A DNA stretch of 64,000 bases from Octopus sinensis (GCF_006345805.1 NC_043010.1:15066001-15130000), one strand, 5' to 3'; counted from the first letter of the stretch, positions 25,335 through 37,727 are shown. Notes: generated by a model not told the origin, from the letters alone. Translations and numbers: made by a program.

Positions 25335-25577
25335 TGCCGGTCAAGTAGTGTGGAGCGACTGACCTCCCTTGTTCGAAGGTTATATGGATACAGTTTGTGT
25401 ATCAAATAGCTAACTTAAGGCGATGGCCTCATGGAGCTAATAAGCGGACAGCTTTTTTCTTTTTTCTTATTTTTATAAGAATGCCATATTAGTATGGCGA
25501 TAACTATTATTTTCCGGAAACGCTGCCGCTGTTCTCTTTTAGAGAGACTTAGTTATTTTAATATTTCTATTATATAT

Positions 25578-25810
<233 letters not shown>

Positions 25811-26071
25811 ATTTGCTACCCAGGTATTGGTTAACCGAATTATCCATAATAAGATAATTCATTCAACTAATATATATATATATATATATATATAAACCAA
25901 CAAAGCATCTCTCGAAAACAATAGATGGGGGAAAATACAGTGCTGTGTATAGGCTAAAAAAAATTTCTGGTCGTCTAATTCGTAAAGTTTTGTGTAAAAT
26001 TTTTCGATAACTGACTGCTTGAATATAACACTATGTATGTATATATGCATGTATGTATGTATGTATGTATG

Positions 26072-26104
<33 letters not shown>

Positions 26105-26165
26105 TGTATGTATGTATGTATGTATGTATGTACGCATGTATATATGTACGTATGTATGTGTATAT

Positions 26166-26218
<53 letters not shown>

Positions 26219-26549
26219 CATACCAACAATCTCTGATGTAGATATACTTACATACACAGGTACATATACATGCATGAAAATATATACTTGTCTGCCAGCA
26301 TGTTTGACTAATTCGAATGGACTGTTCAGAAATTTAATAGAAATTCGTCTTCTCCACAATGGTAAGAAATATGAAAATGCCTCAGGTATAATTCAAAATA
26401 ACAAATTATTGCTACAATTTAGAGGAACGAAATATAAAATATTAGTTTTATGTTTCATTTTGCAACCAAGAACCACGAAACATGGACAATGGAACTTCTT
26501 CAAATAAAAGCAAAAAACAGTATGAAATAGAGGGGCATATTCTGTGTTG

Positions 26550-26833
26550 TTCCTTCTCGAGCCACGCCTGGCTCATAAGGGCCGGTTTCCCGGTTTCCTT
26601 GCCGTATAGGTTCCCCACCTGAACGGGACGCCGGTCCGTCGCAGGTGAGCTGCAAGATGCAGGAGGAAAGAGTGAGAGAAAGTTGTGGCGAAAGTTCGCC
26701 ATTATCTTCTGCCGTAGCCGCGTGGAGCTTAGGTGTTTCGCTCATAAATACACACATCGCCCGGTCTGAGATTCGAACCCGTGATCCCTTGACCGCGAGT
26801 CCGCTGCTTTAACCACTGGGCCATGTGCCTCCA
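26550..26833 (-). mobile_element. SINE family A head with alternative V-SINE-like tail
   Basis: Same head; tail CTGCGACGGACCGGCGTCCCGTTCAGGTGGGG; flanking direct repeat CATATTCyGTGTTG. Confidence 0.85.
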
Positions 26834-27033
26834 CATATTCCGTGTTGCCAGTCACCAAGTACATGTTCCATGTCGCCAGTCATCAAAGGTGTGTGGTATG
26901 AAATGGCAGGAGGATAGATGTGTGTAAAGAAAGAATCTCGTTTCACAGCTAACAGGAAAAATTCGTTAAGGGAAACATTCAGTGAGTAATTCTTTCGAAT
27001 GTGATTTTTTTCAAGTGTATTATGGGTATGTGT

Positions 27034-27339
27034 GGAGCCGCAATGGCCCAGTGGTTAGGGCAGCGGACTCGCGGTCGTAGGATCGCGGTTTCGATTCCCG
27101 GACAGGGCGTTGTGTGTGTTTATTGAGTGAAAACACCTAAAAGCTCCGCGAGGCTCCGGCAGGGGGTGGTGATCCCTGCTGTACTCTTTCACCACTCTTT
27201 CTCTCACTCTTTCTTCTGTTGGCCTGCTCGCTTAGCCAGCGGGGTGGCGTCATTCGAAGGCTAAAAACAATGCGAACGCATTGTGACCAGCGATGTGTAG
27301 CAACATCTGATGGACTGGTCGGTCACGTGATCACGTGAT
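27034..27339 (+). mobile_element. SINE family A, full length with TSD
   Basis: Flanked by ATTATGGGTATGT direct repeat; tail (TCACGTGA)2. Confidence 0.92.
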
Positions 27340-28089
27340 TATGGGTATGTAGGCGTGAAATCGAAAATATTTCCATTCTGCAAGTGTGTAGGTAAATTTA
27401 TGTAACTTTGTGTAGATTAGCGAGTGTGAATGCGTATGTGTTTTGTTTTCGAAGCCAGAACGTGTGCGCGGAAGGGCGGAGCCTGTATATGTTGTGGGTG
27501 CCCCTGTTTTCTGTTTGATTTATTTTGTATGAGTGAGTTGTGTGGCCAGTAGTACAGTGTTTGCAGTTACGTGGGTGTAGGCAAGCGTGTATTTAAGAAT
27601 GCATTTTGAGAGGGCAAGTGGGTTGTTTAAATTATATGGGTTTGTAGTATCATGGTGCAAAAATATGTCACTCTTCGTCGCAGCCGAGTTAGTGGAAATC
27701 TATTGTGTAGGATGCAAAGGGGCTGATAAATATGGTCAGTTGATCCGAAGCAGTATGCGCCAGGGTAATGGACTTTGTTAACACGAACGTCTCTGACTAG
27801 TCACGTGCCTATATTGCAAGCCATTATAGTTACTCTTAAATACAAAGGACGGGTTTTTAGTGGTTATAGGTGATGTGGAATGACGTGGAATGAGAGTTGC
27901 TAAGTCCTTTTTATCAGGTGGTACTCATAAAGACTAAACATTTATGACAGAACGAACGAGAGCACACAAGGAACCCAGGGTGGGTATGCTACCCCTACTG
28001 GCTTATAAAAAGGAAAATGTGACTAAGAAACAAAAAATTAAAAAAAGACCAGGTACTTATAGATAGAATGCTTTGGGCCAAGTGCTATA

Positions 28090-28700
28090 CATACCAACAG
28101 CTTGCTGCCCCTGATGTCAACTCACTCTTCGATACCCATCATAGTATCTTTTTCCTCAGCCTTATCTTTCTGAAAACCGAAGTCTACATTCATCCTAACA
28201 TATAGACAACAGCGCTGTATTATGTCGGTGAACAGAGATGTCGACAACACAGTCAACCAAAGACTTGAAATCACAATCTCACAATTACAACATAAGTCAA
28301 GATGATAAACTTGCGTTTTAATCTCTTTACGCAGAAACAACACAAGACATGTGCTATGCATAACAATCTCTAATGATGTTTTGCAGCAAAGAAGAACGCA
28401 AAACATAACTAATAACACCACATTAGAAAGACTTCTAAGTGTTTTCTGATCTGATAAGCTGCTCGCACTCAATAATGCTCAGAATAATCCTTTCTTTGTA
28501 CACTCTTCGCAGACAAGAGATAATAATTATGCTATATAGAAAACTGAGTTAGCGTGCATCACAAAGACCATTCGATTGATTAGCAATAATCGCTTATGCT
28601 TTGCTTGCTCAGTGCGTCTTTCACGTCTGTTGTAATGGCCTCGGTTACTTTGAGCCATGTACCCGAAGATGTTTTCCCAGACGAATAACCTACTGTCTCC
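28090..28700 (-). pseudogene. Highly degraded R4-like LINE C-terminal fragment
   Basis: Remnants resembling the CCHC region (RVYKER..SIIECEQL) and the downstream RLE region; frameshifted. Confidence 0.3.
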
Positions 28701-28924
28701 GTTTCTGTTTTGTACCTAAACAGTCCTACATTAAATCCTTATGTAATTTGTATTCCCCAGGATAGAAAACCTCGAGAATTCTCATTTAACCCACATGAAG
28801 AAATTGGTAGGATAGTCCGACTGAATCTCAGCAGAATTAATGTTTTTATCAGTCTTGGTAGAACTTTAGATAACATCAGCATTGTCCATAATTTTCGAAC
28901 TAATGCATATATGCATGCATGCAC

Positions 28925-28957
<33 letters not shown>

Positions 28958-29039
28958 CATACATACATGCATGCATGCATACAGACAGACAGACAGACAG
29001 ACTGATAGCAGACAGACATATACATACATGTGTGTGTGT

Positions 29040-29272
29040 ACTCTCTTACTCTCTTACTCTCTTACTTGTTTCAGTCATTTGACTGTGGCCATGCTGGAGC
29101 ACCGCCTTTAGTCGAGAAAAGTCGACCCCAGGACTTATTCTTTGTAAGCCTAGTACTTATTCTATCGGTCTCTTTTGCCGAACCGCTAAGTTACGGGGAT
29201 GTATACACACCAGCATCGGTTGTCAAGAGATGTTGGGGGGGATAAACACAACATACAAACACAGAGACACAC

Positions 29273-29307
<35 letters not shown>

Positions 29308-29478
29308 CATATATACGACGGGCTTCTTTCAGTTTCCGTCTACCAAATCCACTCACAAGGCTTTGGTCGGCCCGAGGCTATAGTAGAAGACACTTGGCCA
29401 AGGTGCCACGCAGTGGGACTGAACCCGGAACCATGTGGTTCGTAAGCAAGCTACTTACTTAGCACACAGCCACTCCTG
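29040..29478 (-). mobile_element. SINE family B
   Basis: Full-length consensus match. Confidence 0.92.
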
Positions 29479-30109
29479 TGTATGTATGTATAATATATTT
29501 ATATTTACACACAGACAAACACTCGCATAGACATGAAAGAAACAATTGACAGAGAAAACTGCAATCGCATGCATTAATGTGCAAATCACTGCACTTTATC
29601 GAACTCAATCCAAATAAGAACAAAGGAAATGAAATTCTCCTTTCACACTTCACGGATTCGAACCATTAAATCGCCGGTCATAAAAATGAAATAAAGACAC
29701 CAGGTAACTTTGGCTGTGCTTAGAAGAAATCGATCTCATTGATTCTTTATGTTAATGATGCTAGTGATCATAACGACCTGGAGACTCCCATTAGATCAAT
29801 TGATTCACTCTGCAGAGATTAGACCAATATTAATTCAACTAATGGCAGTTGATCAATACGGATTGATAGGCAATAGGTAAGATTGAGTTGTTACCATGTT
29901 CACGTTCCTTCCTTTCCTCCTTGCTTGTTTCAATTATCTTCTTTGTCTGAAATGTTTTGGTGAATGCACACACACACACACACACATATGTATATTATAT
30001 GTCTATGTATATATTCTCAAATGCATACATACTTATGCGTATATCTGTATATGTCGGTGTGTGTATGTGCATCTGCGAGAAAAGATATGGGCATGTATCT
30101 GTCTGTCTT

Positions 30110-31461
30110 TCCGCTTCTTGTGGAAAGGATGCGTCCCGATGGTCAGGCGATCCATTTGCTGTCAACACCCGTTAAAAGGAGGGCTGGGCATGCCGTGGTT
30201 GATGATGCGCAGACACGCGCTGAGACTGCGACATCTCCGGCTCTATGTAGACGACGGTGAACAGGTGTGGTCGCCGTTTGTGAGGCACGCATTCCCGCAA
30301 CTCGTCTCCATGACCGAACTACAGTCGTGGATCAAAAAGAGGCCGAAGAAGGGCGAATGGCACCGCGAGTGTCGCGTTGCTCTCAAGCAACTCTGCCGTC
30401 CCGGGTCGACCTTGAGTGACTTCAACACAACCAAAGCATTCTATAGGGGATTAGTGGAGGGGAGGTACGACGACGAGCTCGGGGCAAACCTGGGCGTCGA
30501 CGAGGAATACCTGACCCGCCTGTTTCAAACGACTTTCGGCCCGGGACCTATGGACAACTTCCAGAGATCCCTGGCCTGGCGGTGCTACCGAGAAGCGCTA
30601 CCCGTTCGGGATAAGCTCTATAGGCATGGCTCGAGAAACACGGGGCCGACCTGCCCGAGATGCGGGCAGAGCGACGAAACCGCTCTGCACGCAATCGTGC
30701 AGTGTCCAGCAATTTCCCACCTGTGGGCTTATGTCGAACGACTGCTGTCACGTGTGGGACGTGTCGGTTTATCAGCCGAGTCTATCGTTAATATCGTCAC
30801 GCCTCCTTCCTTCAAACGGGAAGGAAGAGCTATTTTTATCATACTTGTGGCTATGGCGAAAGAATGTATCTGGTGGACGCGTCTGAAAGGATTGGAGACA
30901 AACACTTTCCTCTCTGGTCAATCTCTCATCAACTTCTTCAAGTATCACTTGAAGAAAAAAGTGAGAGTAGAGAGGCAAGTTTTGTCTAGTGAATGTTTTA
31001 AAAAAAGATGGGTGAATGTAGCAAGGATGGCACGTATGAATGACGAAGCCACCTTGACTATGATTCTATGAACCGTAAAAATTAATACAGAGAGTTGCTT
31101 ATTTGCAAAAAAAAAAAAAAGAAATATAACATGTGACTCATTGACCGAGGTTACCGTGGTCTTTTCCGTAGGCTTTTCTTCCACGGGTAATCCTCACCTG
31201 TCCTCCCTTTACACTTCATATTGACATTTCTGTGATAACGATCCCTATTGATCAATTTTTTTTCCTCTCCCCCTTTTTTTTAACCCCCCTCTTTTTTTGT
31301 CCTCTTTCTCTCCTTTTACGATCCCTTTTGATCGACCCCCCCTTTTTTATTTTATTTTATTTTTTATTTTAATATTTTTTTTTTTTTTAAACCTTCAAAA
31401 GAAAAGCTCTACCTTGTAATTTGTTCTATCTGTGTGCAGCCCTGTGTGGCTAATAAAGAAA
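30110..31461 (+). mobile_element. 5'-truncated L1/Tx1-clade LINE: ORF2 C-terminus (zf-RVT/CCHC) plus 3' UTR
   Basis: The open frame to the stop at 31071 has WRCYREALPVRDKL...CPRCGQSDETALHAIVQCPAISHLW. AATAAA at 31452 is followed by (TCTA)n. The ORF-track 5' part (29896-30110) is microsatellite noise. Confidence 0.85.
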
Positions 31462-31627
31462 CATATCTATCGATCTATCCATCCATCCTTCCATCTATCT
31501 ATCTGTCTATCTATCTATGCATCCATCTATCTATCTGTCTATCTATCTATCTATATATCTATCTATTCATCTATCTATCTATCTATCTATCTATCTACCT
31601 GCAAACAAATGTGGTAACATGTAACAA

Positions 31628-31946
31628 CATTGACCGAGGTTACCGTGGTCTTTTCCGTAGGCTTTTCTTCCCACGGATAAACCTTATGTGCTTCCCCCTT
31701 TAAACCGTATATCATGACACTGTGATACACGATCCCTATTGATCGTTTTTTTCTTCTTTTTCCCCTTTTTTCCTTTCTTTTTTTCTTTTCTTTTGTTTCT
31801 TTTCCTTTTTACTTTTTTCCCTTTTACCATCCTTTTTGATCGAAAACCTACCCCACTTTTCTGGGGTTTTTTTCATCCCCAAAAAGAAAAGCTCTACCTT
31901 GTAATTTGTCACATCTGTGTGCAGCCCTGTGTGGCTAATAAAGAAA
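31628..31946 (+). mobile_element. Second, shorter copy of the same Tx1-like 3' UTR
   Basis: CATTGACCGAGGTTACCGTGGTC...CAGCCCTGTGTGGCTAATAAAGAAA repeats 31139-31461; followed by (TCTA)n. Confidence 0.85.
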
Positions 31947-31947
31947 C

Positions 31948-32001
<54 letters not shown>

Positions 32002-32489
32002 GTCTAATCTATCTAATCAATCTCTGTATATATATACATTATTGACTTAAATAAAGGCCGTGTACTAGTTTCACATCCGAATTTATGGAAAATATTTTAG
32101 ATTTCGTCACGTTGCAACAACTGTACAATATTCGAACCATTGTTTTATACATGATTGTTGTGGTTAGTTACCCTTCTCTTATGTGTCAGCAATGTAGAAA
32201 TTATATATACTTTCTGACTCAAAGTCAATAATAATTGAATAATGACGCCTTGCCTTTATATAACATGGACTCTAATTTATTCTAATTTATTCCCAATTAA
32301 AGATAATCTCTTAAATAGCAACACATTGTCTTACTTCGCATTACGGTGCTTGAACGGGCTACCGCTAGAGCCGACATGTTTCCGTGTCTGTACCTTTGTG
32401 GCGGTTGTGTTACAGCTGTTGTTGCTACCGTTGTTAACGCTGCCGATGCTACTGATATGCCGGTTCCGTTGCTGGAGCTGCTGTTGAGC

Positions 32490-32858
32490 GAACGGTCTTC
32501 GTCCGAGAGCTCGCAAGATGTGAGAAGTCCGAAACGTGGTCCTTTGCTATTCGTAAGACACGCAGAAGAGAAAGCAGGTCACCCCCACCCCCCCGACACC
32601 GAGAGCATCGACGGATGGATGAATGCGCATCCAGGCTCAGGCAGTTGCGTAGGAAGTCGGGGGACAAGAAACAGGAAGAAAGAGTGAGAGAAATTTGGAG
32701 CCAAAGAGTACAACAGGGGTCGCCCCCCCTCCTGCCGGAGCTTCGTAGAGCTTTAGGTGTTTTCGCTCAATAAACACACACAACGACCGGTCTGGAAATC
32801 GAAACCGCGATCCTCCGACCGCGAGTACGCTGCCCTAACCATTGGGCCATGGAGCCTC
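32490..32858 (-). mobile_element. SINE family A head with a third tail type
   Basis: Head/core to CTCACTCTTTCTTC, then an unrelated 3' sequence. Confidence 0.75.
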
Positions 32859-33011
32859 GACTGCTGGTGCTGCTGCTGCGACTATTACTCCTGATGGTAA
32901 CGCTATTGTTTTCTTCTTCTTCTTCTTCTTCTTCTTCTTCTTCTTCTTCTTCCAATCAGCCACAAAGAATAATCTCTAATTCGTGTCTACTCTAAGCTAC
33001 TAAGAATGCGA

Positions 33012-33385
33012 TAGACTGAGGGTTGCACGGGCGTGAAAGCTACATTGTTATCCTCACTCCGTAAACGATGGCTTTTAACGGGTGGAGGGCTGAACCATCC
33101 TGGGGTACAGAGGTTTCGCAATCTAGACTAGGGTCTCAAAGTTTACCACACCATAGTGGGTTACACCCATGGTTCCTCTGCTTTGTGGCAGAAGTGGAAA
33201 GAAAGAGTGAGAGAAAGTTGTGGTAAAAGAGTATAGCGGGGTTCACCACCAACACCCCCGGCGGAGCCTCGTGGAGCTTAGGTGTTTTTGCTCAATAAAC
33301 ACTCACAATGCCCCGGTCTGGGAATCGAAACCGCGTTCTTAGGACGGCGAGTCCTCTGCCCTAACCACTGGGCCATTGCGCCTCC
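33012..33385 (-). mobile_element. SINE family A head with a fourth tail type
   Basis: Head/core to CTCTCACTCTTTCTTTCC, then an unrelated 3' sequence. Confidence 0.75.
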
Positions 33386-33559
33386 ATTCACTGTTGTTCT
33401 TGCTTTTAACGTGTTGCAGCTGTAATAGGCATCGCAACTACAACCATTGCGATTGCTGCGGCTGTTGCTGTTACTGGAATATTGTGTAGTATGCGTTCCA
33501 TTGTATTGTAAGCTTTCCTAACGGGTGGCATTTTAAGACAGCAGTGATACGTTATATAC

Positions 33560-33970
33560 TGGCGAGCTGGCAGAATCGTTTCCGCGCCGGGCGAAATGCT
33601 TAGCGGTATTTCGTCTGCCGTTACGTTGTGAGTTCAAATTCCGCCGAGGTCGACTTTGCCTTTCATCCTTTCGGGGTCGATAAATTAAGTACCAGTTATG
33701 CACTGGGGTCGATGTAATCGACTTAATACCTGTGTCTGTCCTTGTTTGTCCCCTCTGTGTTTAGCCCCTTGTGGGTAATAAAGAAATAGGTATTTCGTCT
33801 GTCGTTACGTTGTGAGTTCAAATCCCGCCAAAGTCGATTTTGCCTTTTAACCTTTCGGGGTCGATAAATAAAGTACCAGTTTTGCACTGGGGTCGATGTA
33901 ATCGACTTAATCCGTTTGTCTGTCCTTGTTTGTCCCCTCTATGTTTACCCCCTTGTGGGCAGTAAAGAAA
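33560..33970 (+). mobile_element. SINE family C dimer
   Basis: One head, body repeated twice via GAAATAGGTATTTCGTCTG. Confidence 0.9.
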
Positions 33971-34671
33971 CATATATATTTAAGTATATGTAAAATATGG
34001 TGAGGACATATAGCGTAGTGGTTAGGGTGTTACACTCATGAACGCGAAATCGAGTCTTCGTTTCCCAGACCAGACTGTACGTTGTGTTCCCGAGCAAAAC
34101 ACCTCATCTCACTTCGAAATTTGACGTGTGGCGCACCGTATACGAGTTGCGGTAATGCCGATTTGATGGATGGCGTAAGCTAATGTGCCGCATGATCATT
34201 AGATCATTATAAACAAGTCGTCAGTACAGCTTGTTCTGCAAAAAAATTGCAGTATCGTCTTTTTCGAGTGCTCGAGAGACTACCATTAATTAATTACCTG
34301 AGAGACTACCGTTGATTAATTAAAATAAAATATGAAATATAAGATATTATCATTATGATGAATATTTGCCATTGTTAATTAGCATGCCACCTGAGAATAT
34401 GTACTTGAATACGTATATAAACACAAATATTGATACGATACTTATACTTGTAATGAGTAATATCGGCGCTGGCAATGACATTGTAGCGTAGCAATTGGGT
34501 TGGTTTGTACGTATGCATTAAATTTCATGGATAATTCATTTGCAAAAAATTGTGAACGTATTGCATAAAGGTCGTGGGTGATTGTAAGTGGATAAATATG
34601 GAAAATGAGTAAATACGCGTGCGTATGTTATTTGTATTGTATTAGTCTAATAAAACATTTATACTTTCGTA

Positions 34672-34995
34672 TAGGTGCATGGCTCAGTGGATAAAGCTTT
34701 GGGTTCGCAATCATGAGATAGTGAGTTCGATTCCAGGACCGGGCTGTGTGTTATGTTCTTGAGCAAGGCATTTTATTTCATGTTGCTCCAGTTCACTCAG
34801 CTGCAGAAATGAGTTCAGACCTCACTGATGCCAAGCCGTATCGGCCTTTTGCATTATCCTTTGGATAACATCGGTGGCATGGAAAGAGGAGGCTGGTATG
34901 TATGGGCAACTGCTGGTCTTCTCTAAAGTACTTTGTCCAGACTTGTGCTTCGCAGGGAAGCTTTTTAACTGCAATACCATGGTCATTAATGACTG
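34672..34995 (+). mobile_element. SINE family D, diverged
   Basis: Consensus match. Confidence 0.8.
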
Positions 34996-35094
34996 TTATA
35001 TTTCGATGTGGTATGTGTAGTGGTTTGTATGGATAGATCTGTATATGTATAGGGCGGATCGTGATGGTTTCGCCAACAAAGATGAAACCATAAA

Positions 35095-35470
35095 CCATTC
35101 CAATATACCTATAAGTACACAGGAATGGGTGCTTCTGCCGACTTACTGTGGCAAACGCGTCGCCAGAGTAAGAATCGGCAGAGTGTCCACTACCACCGAG
35201 ATTAAGGAAGCATGGATGATGGCAGCGATCATGCACAGAATGGAAGACGAGGCGAAAATATTGAAAATTACGAGGAAAGGATTAATTCTTGGGGTATGGC
35301 CCCGAGATAGCAATACAAGTGAGCCTTAAAGACTTGTACGAGATCACAGAGGAAATTATTCTACCGGAAGACGTTAAGCTAAGAGTGGTGGTGGAAGGTA
35401 GACCACCAGCATGTTTTTTTATGCGGACAAAAAGGGGCACGGGAAAGCAAGGTGTCCCCAGAAAGAAAAT
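35095..35470 (+). pseudogene. Degraded LINE ORF1-like fragment (Tx1/L1-type)
   Basis: LPTYCGKRVARVRIGRV..EIKEAWMMAA and, in another frame, KLRVVVEGRPPACF. Similar to the 57978-58280 fragment. Confidence 0.5.
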
Positions 35471-35754
35471 AAAGAGGAGGAGCAGGAGCAACAGTGTGAA
35501 GAACAAACTGCCGAAGTGGCGGCGCCGGAAGGAAAGACAAAGAGGAATCATTCACTGTCGTGAATAGGAGGAAAAGGAAATGAGCGTGTGAGCTCTCCAC
35601 CAGAGAGTCAGAAAAGGATGAAAGGGGATAGAGGAAGAGGTGAAAGAAAGCTGGTTAGATGCACCAGCAGCAGCAGCATCAACAGTAGAATGTAGCGTGG
35701 AAGCAGAAGCACCATTGCAAGGCATTTATCTGATTATTATTTCCAAACGAATAA

Positions 35755-36515
35755 GGCGGCGAGCTGGCAGAAACGTTAGCACGCCGGACGAAGTTCGTAG
35801 CCGTATTTCGTCTGCCGTTACGTTCTGAGTTCAAATTCCGCCTAGGTCGACTTTGCCTTTCATCCTTTCGGGGTCGATAAATTAAGTACCAGTTACGGAC
35901 TGGGGTCGATATAATCGATTTAATCCGTTTGTCTGTCCTTGTTTGTCCTCTCTGTGTTTAGCCCCTTGTGGGTAGTAAAGAAATAGGTATTTCGTCTGTC
36001 TTTACCTAGAGTTCAAATTCCGCCAAGGTCCACTTCACCTTTCATCATTTCGGGGTCGATAAATTAAGTACCAGTTACGGACTGGGGTCGATATAATCGA
36101 TTTAATCCGTTTGTCTGTCCTTGTTTGTCCTCTCTGTGTTTAACCCTTTGTGGGTAGTAAAGAAATAGGTATTTCGTCTGCCGCTATGTTCTGAGTTCAA
36201 ATTTCACCGAGGTCGATTTTGCCTTTATTCCTTTCGAGGTCGATTAAATTAAGTACCAGTTACGCACTGGGGTCGATATAATCGACCTAATTCGTTTGTC
36301 TGTTCTTGTTTGTCCTCTCCGTGTTTGGCCCCTTGTGGGTAGTAAAGAAATGGGTGTTGCGTTTGTCTTTACGTTGAGTTCAAACTCCGCCGAGGTCCAC
36401 TTCACTTTTCATAATTTCGGGCTCGATAAATTAAGCACCAGTTGCGTACTGAGGTTGATCTAACCGACTGGCCCCCTTCCCACAAAATTTCGGGCTTTGT
36501 GCCTAGAGTACAAAA
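35755..36515 (+). mobile_element. SINE family C tetramer
   Basis: One head, four ~180-bp bodies; the last has an alternative tail. Confidence 0.9.
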
Positions 36516-37084
36516 GTATGTATAATTATGTGTATGAGTGTGTGTGTTTGAGCACTAATTAATTCAGAATATGTTTAGAATATTATTAGAACATTGTTTA
36601 TCGAGGCACCTATCGAGGCAGTAACGATGAACTACCTATGAGCTTCATTAGAAAAGCTTGAACAGTAAACTTCTGGTGATGAGTTAACAAAGGAGAAGTT
36701 GAGAGGCGAAATCTTATATAACGAGCGAAAAATTATACCGGAGAGGTTTCAGAAAAAAAAAAGGAAATATGCTGTCAGCTTATTAAAGGTGAACGAACAT
36801 GTGGATACAGATATATCCCTTTCATAGATAAGAAAATCAGAACTAAGCCCGTATAATGAAGCACGCATATTTATAGTAGCTAAATAAACCCTGACAAGCT
36901 GCATCAAAAATTTAGTCTATATATATATATATTAATATATATATATATATAATATATATTAATATTACAAATAATCAATTAAATAGAGAAATACGATTAA
37001 AAATCTAAGAATTTATTACATTATAATATAATATACTGCAAATATAATATAATATAATATAATATAAATATAAGAAAATATGCT

Positions 37085-37484
37085 TTTATTATTTGCTTCA
37101 GTCATTCTGACTTCGGCCATGCTGGAACACCGTCTTTAGTCGAACAACTCGATCCCAGGACTTATTCTTTCTAAGCCTTGTACTTATTCTATCAGGGTCG
37201 CTAGCCGAACCGCTAAGTTACGGAGATGTAAACACACCAACATCGGTTGTCAAGCGATGGTGGGAGGACAAGCACACACACGCACACACACGCACACACA
37301 GGCACATACACGCACACACACACACACAAACACACATGTATACGACGGGCTTTGTTTTCTTCTTCCAAATTCTCTCTCAAGACTTTGGTCTGCCCGAGGC
37401 TATAGTAGGAGAGACTTGCCCAAGGTGCCACGCAGTGGGAGTGAACCCAGAACTATGTGGTTGGTAAACAAGCTACTTGCCACA
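37085..37484 (-). mobile_element. SINE family B
   Basis: Consensus match. Confidence 0.88.
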
Positions 37485-37727
37485 AAATAACAAATTTTTA
37501 AAAAGATTTTTAAAACACTGGATATGTCATCATATCTTTTATTATATTATATTATATTTCATTGTATAATAATGTAATAAATTGTTAGATTGTCAATCGC
37601 ATTTCTCCATTCAATTTATTATTTGTAATTTGTACTTATACCCCTATTTCTGTGGTATTCAACTACCGTACCCGTATATTGGATGTTTTACACCCCTTTG
37701 ACGGAATCGTTTTTTGCCCTCGTTTGT

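Larger units (their letters stand above)
22884..25572. repeat. Tandem array of ~362-bp hammerhead-containing units (retrozyme / PLE pseudo-LTR-like), two oppositely oriented blocks
   Basis: Left block: unit starts at 22884 and 23246 (period 362), ending 23567. Right block (reverse complement): GTTCGAAGG recurs at 23568, 23926, 24285, 24647, 25009 and 25371, ending ~25572. About 7.4 units in total, flanked by (TA)n on both sides. Confidence 0.95.

Noticed and set aside
22884-25572. Possible CRISPR-like array or tRNA/5S/snRNA gene cluster
   Set aside because: There are no unique spacers and the context is eukaryotic; no cloverleaf or recognisable 5S/snRNA sequence in the unit.
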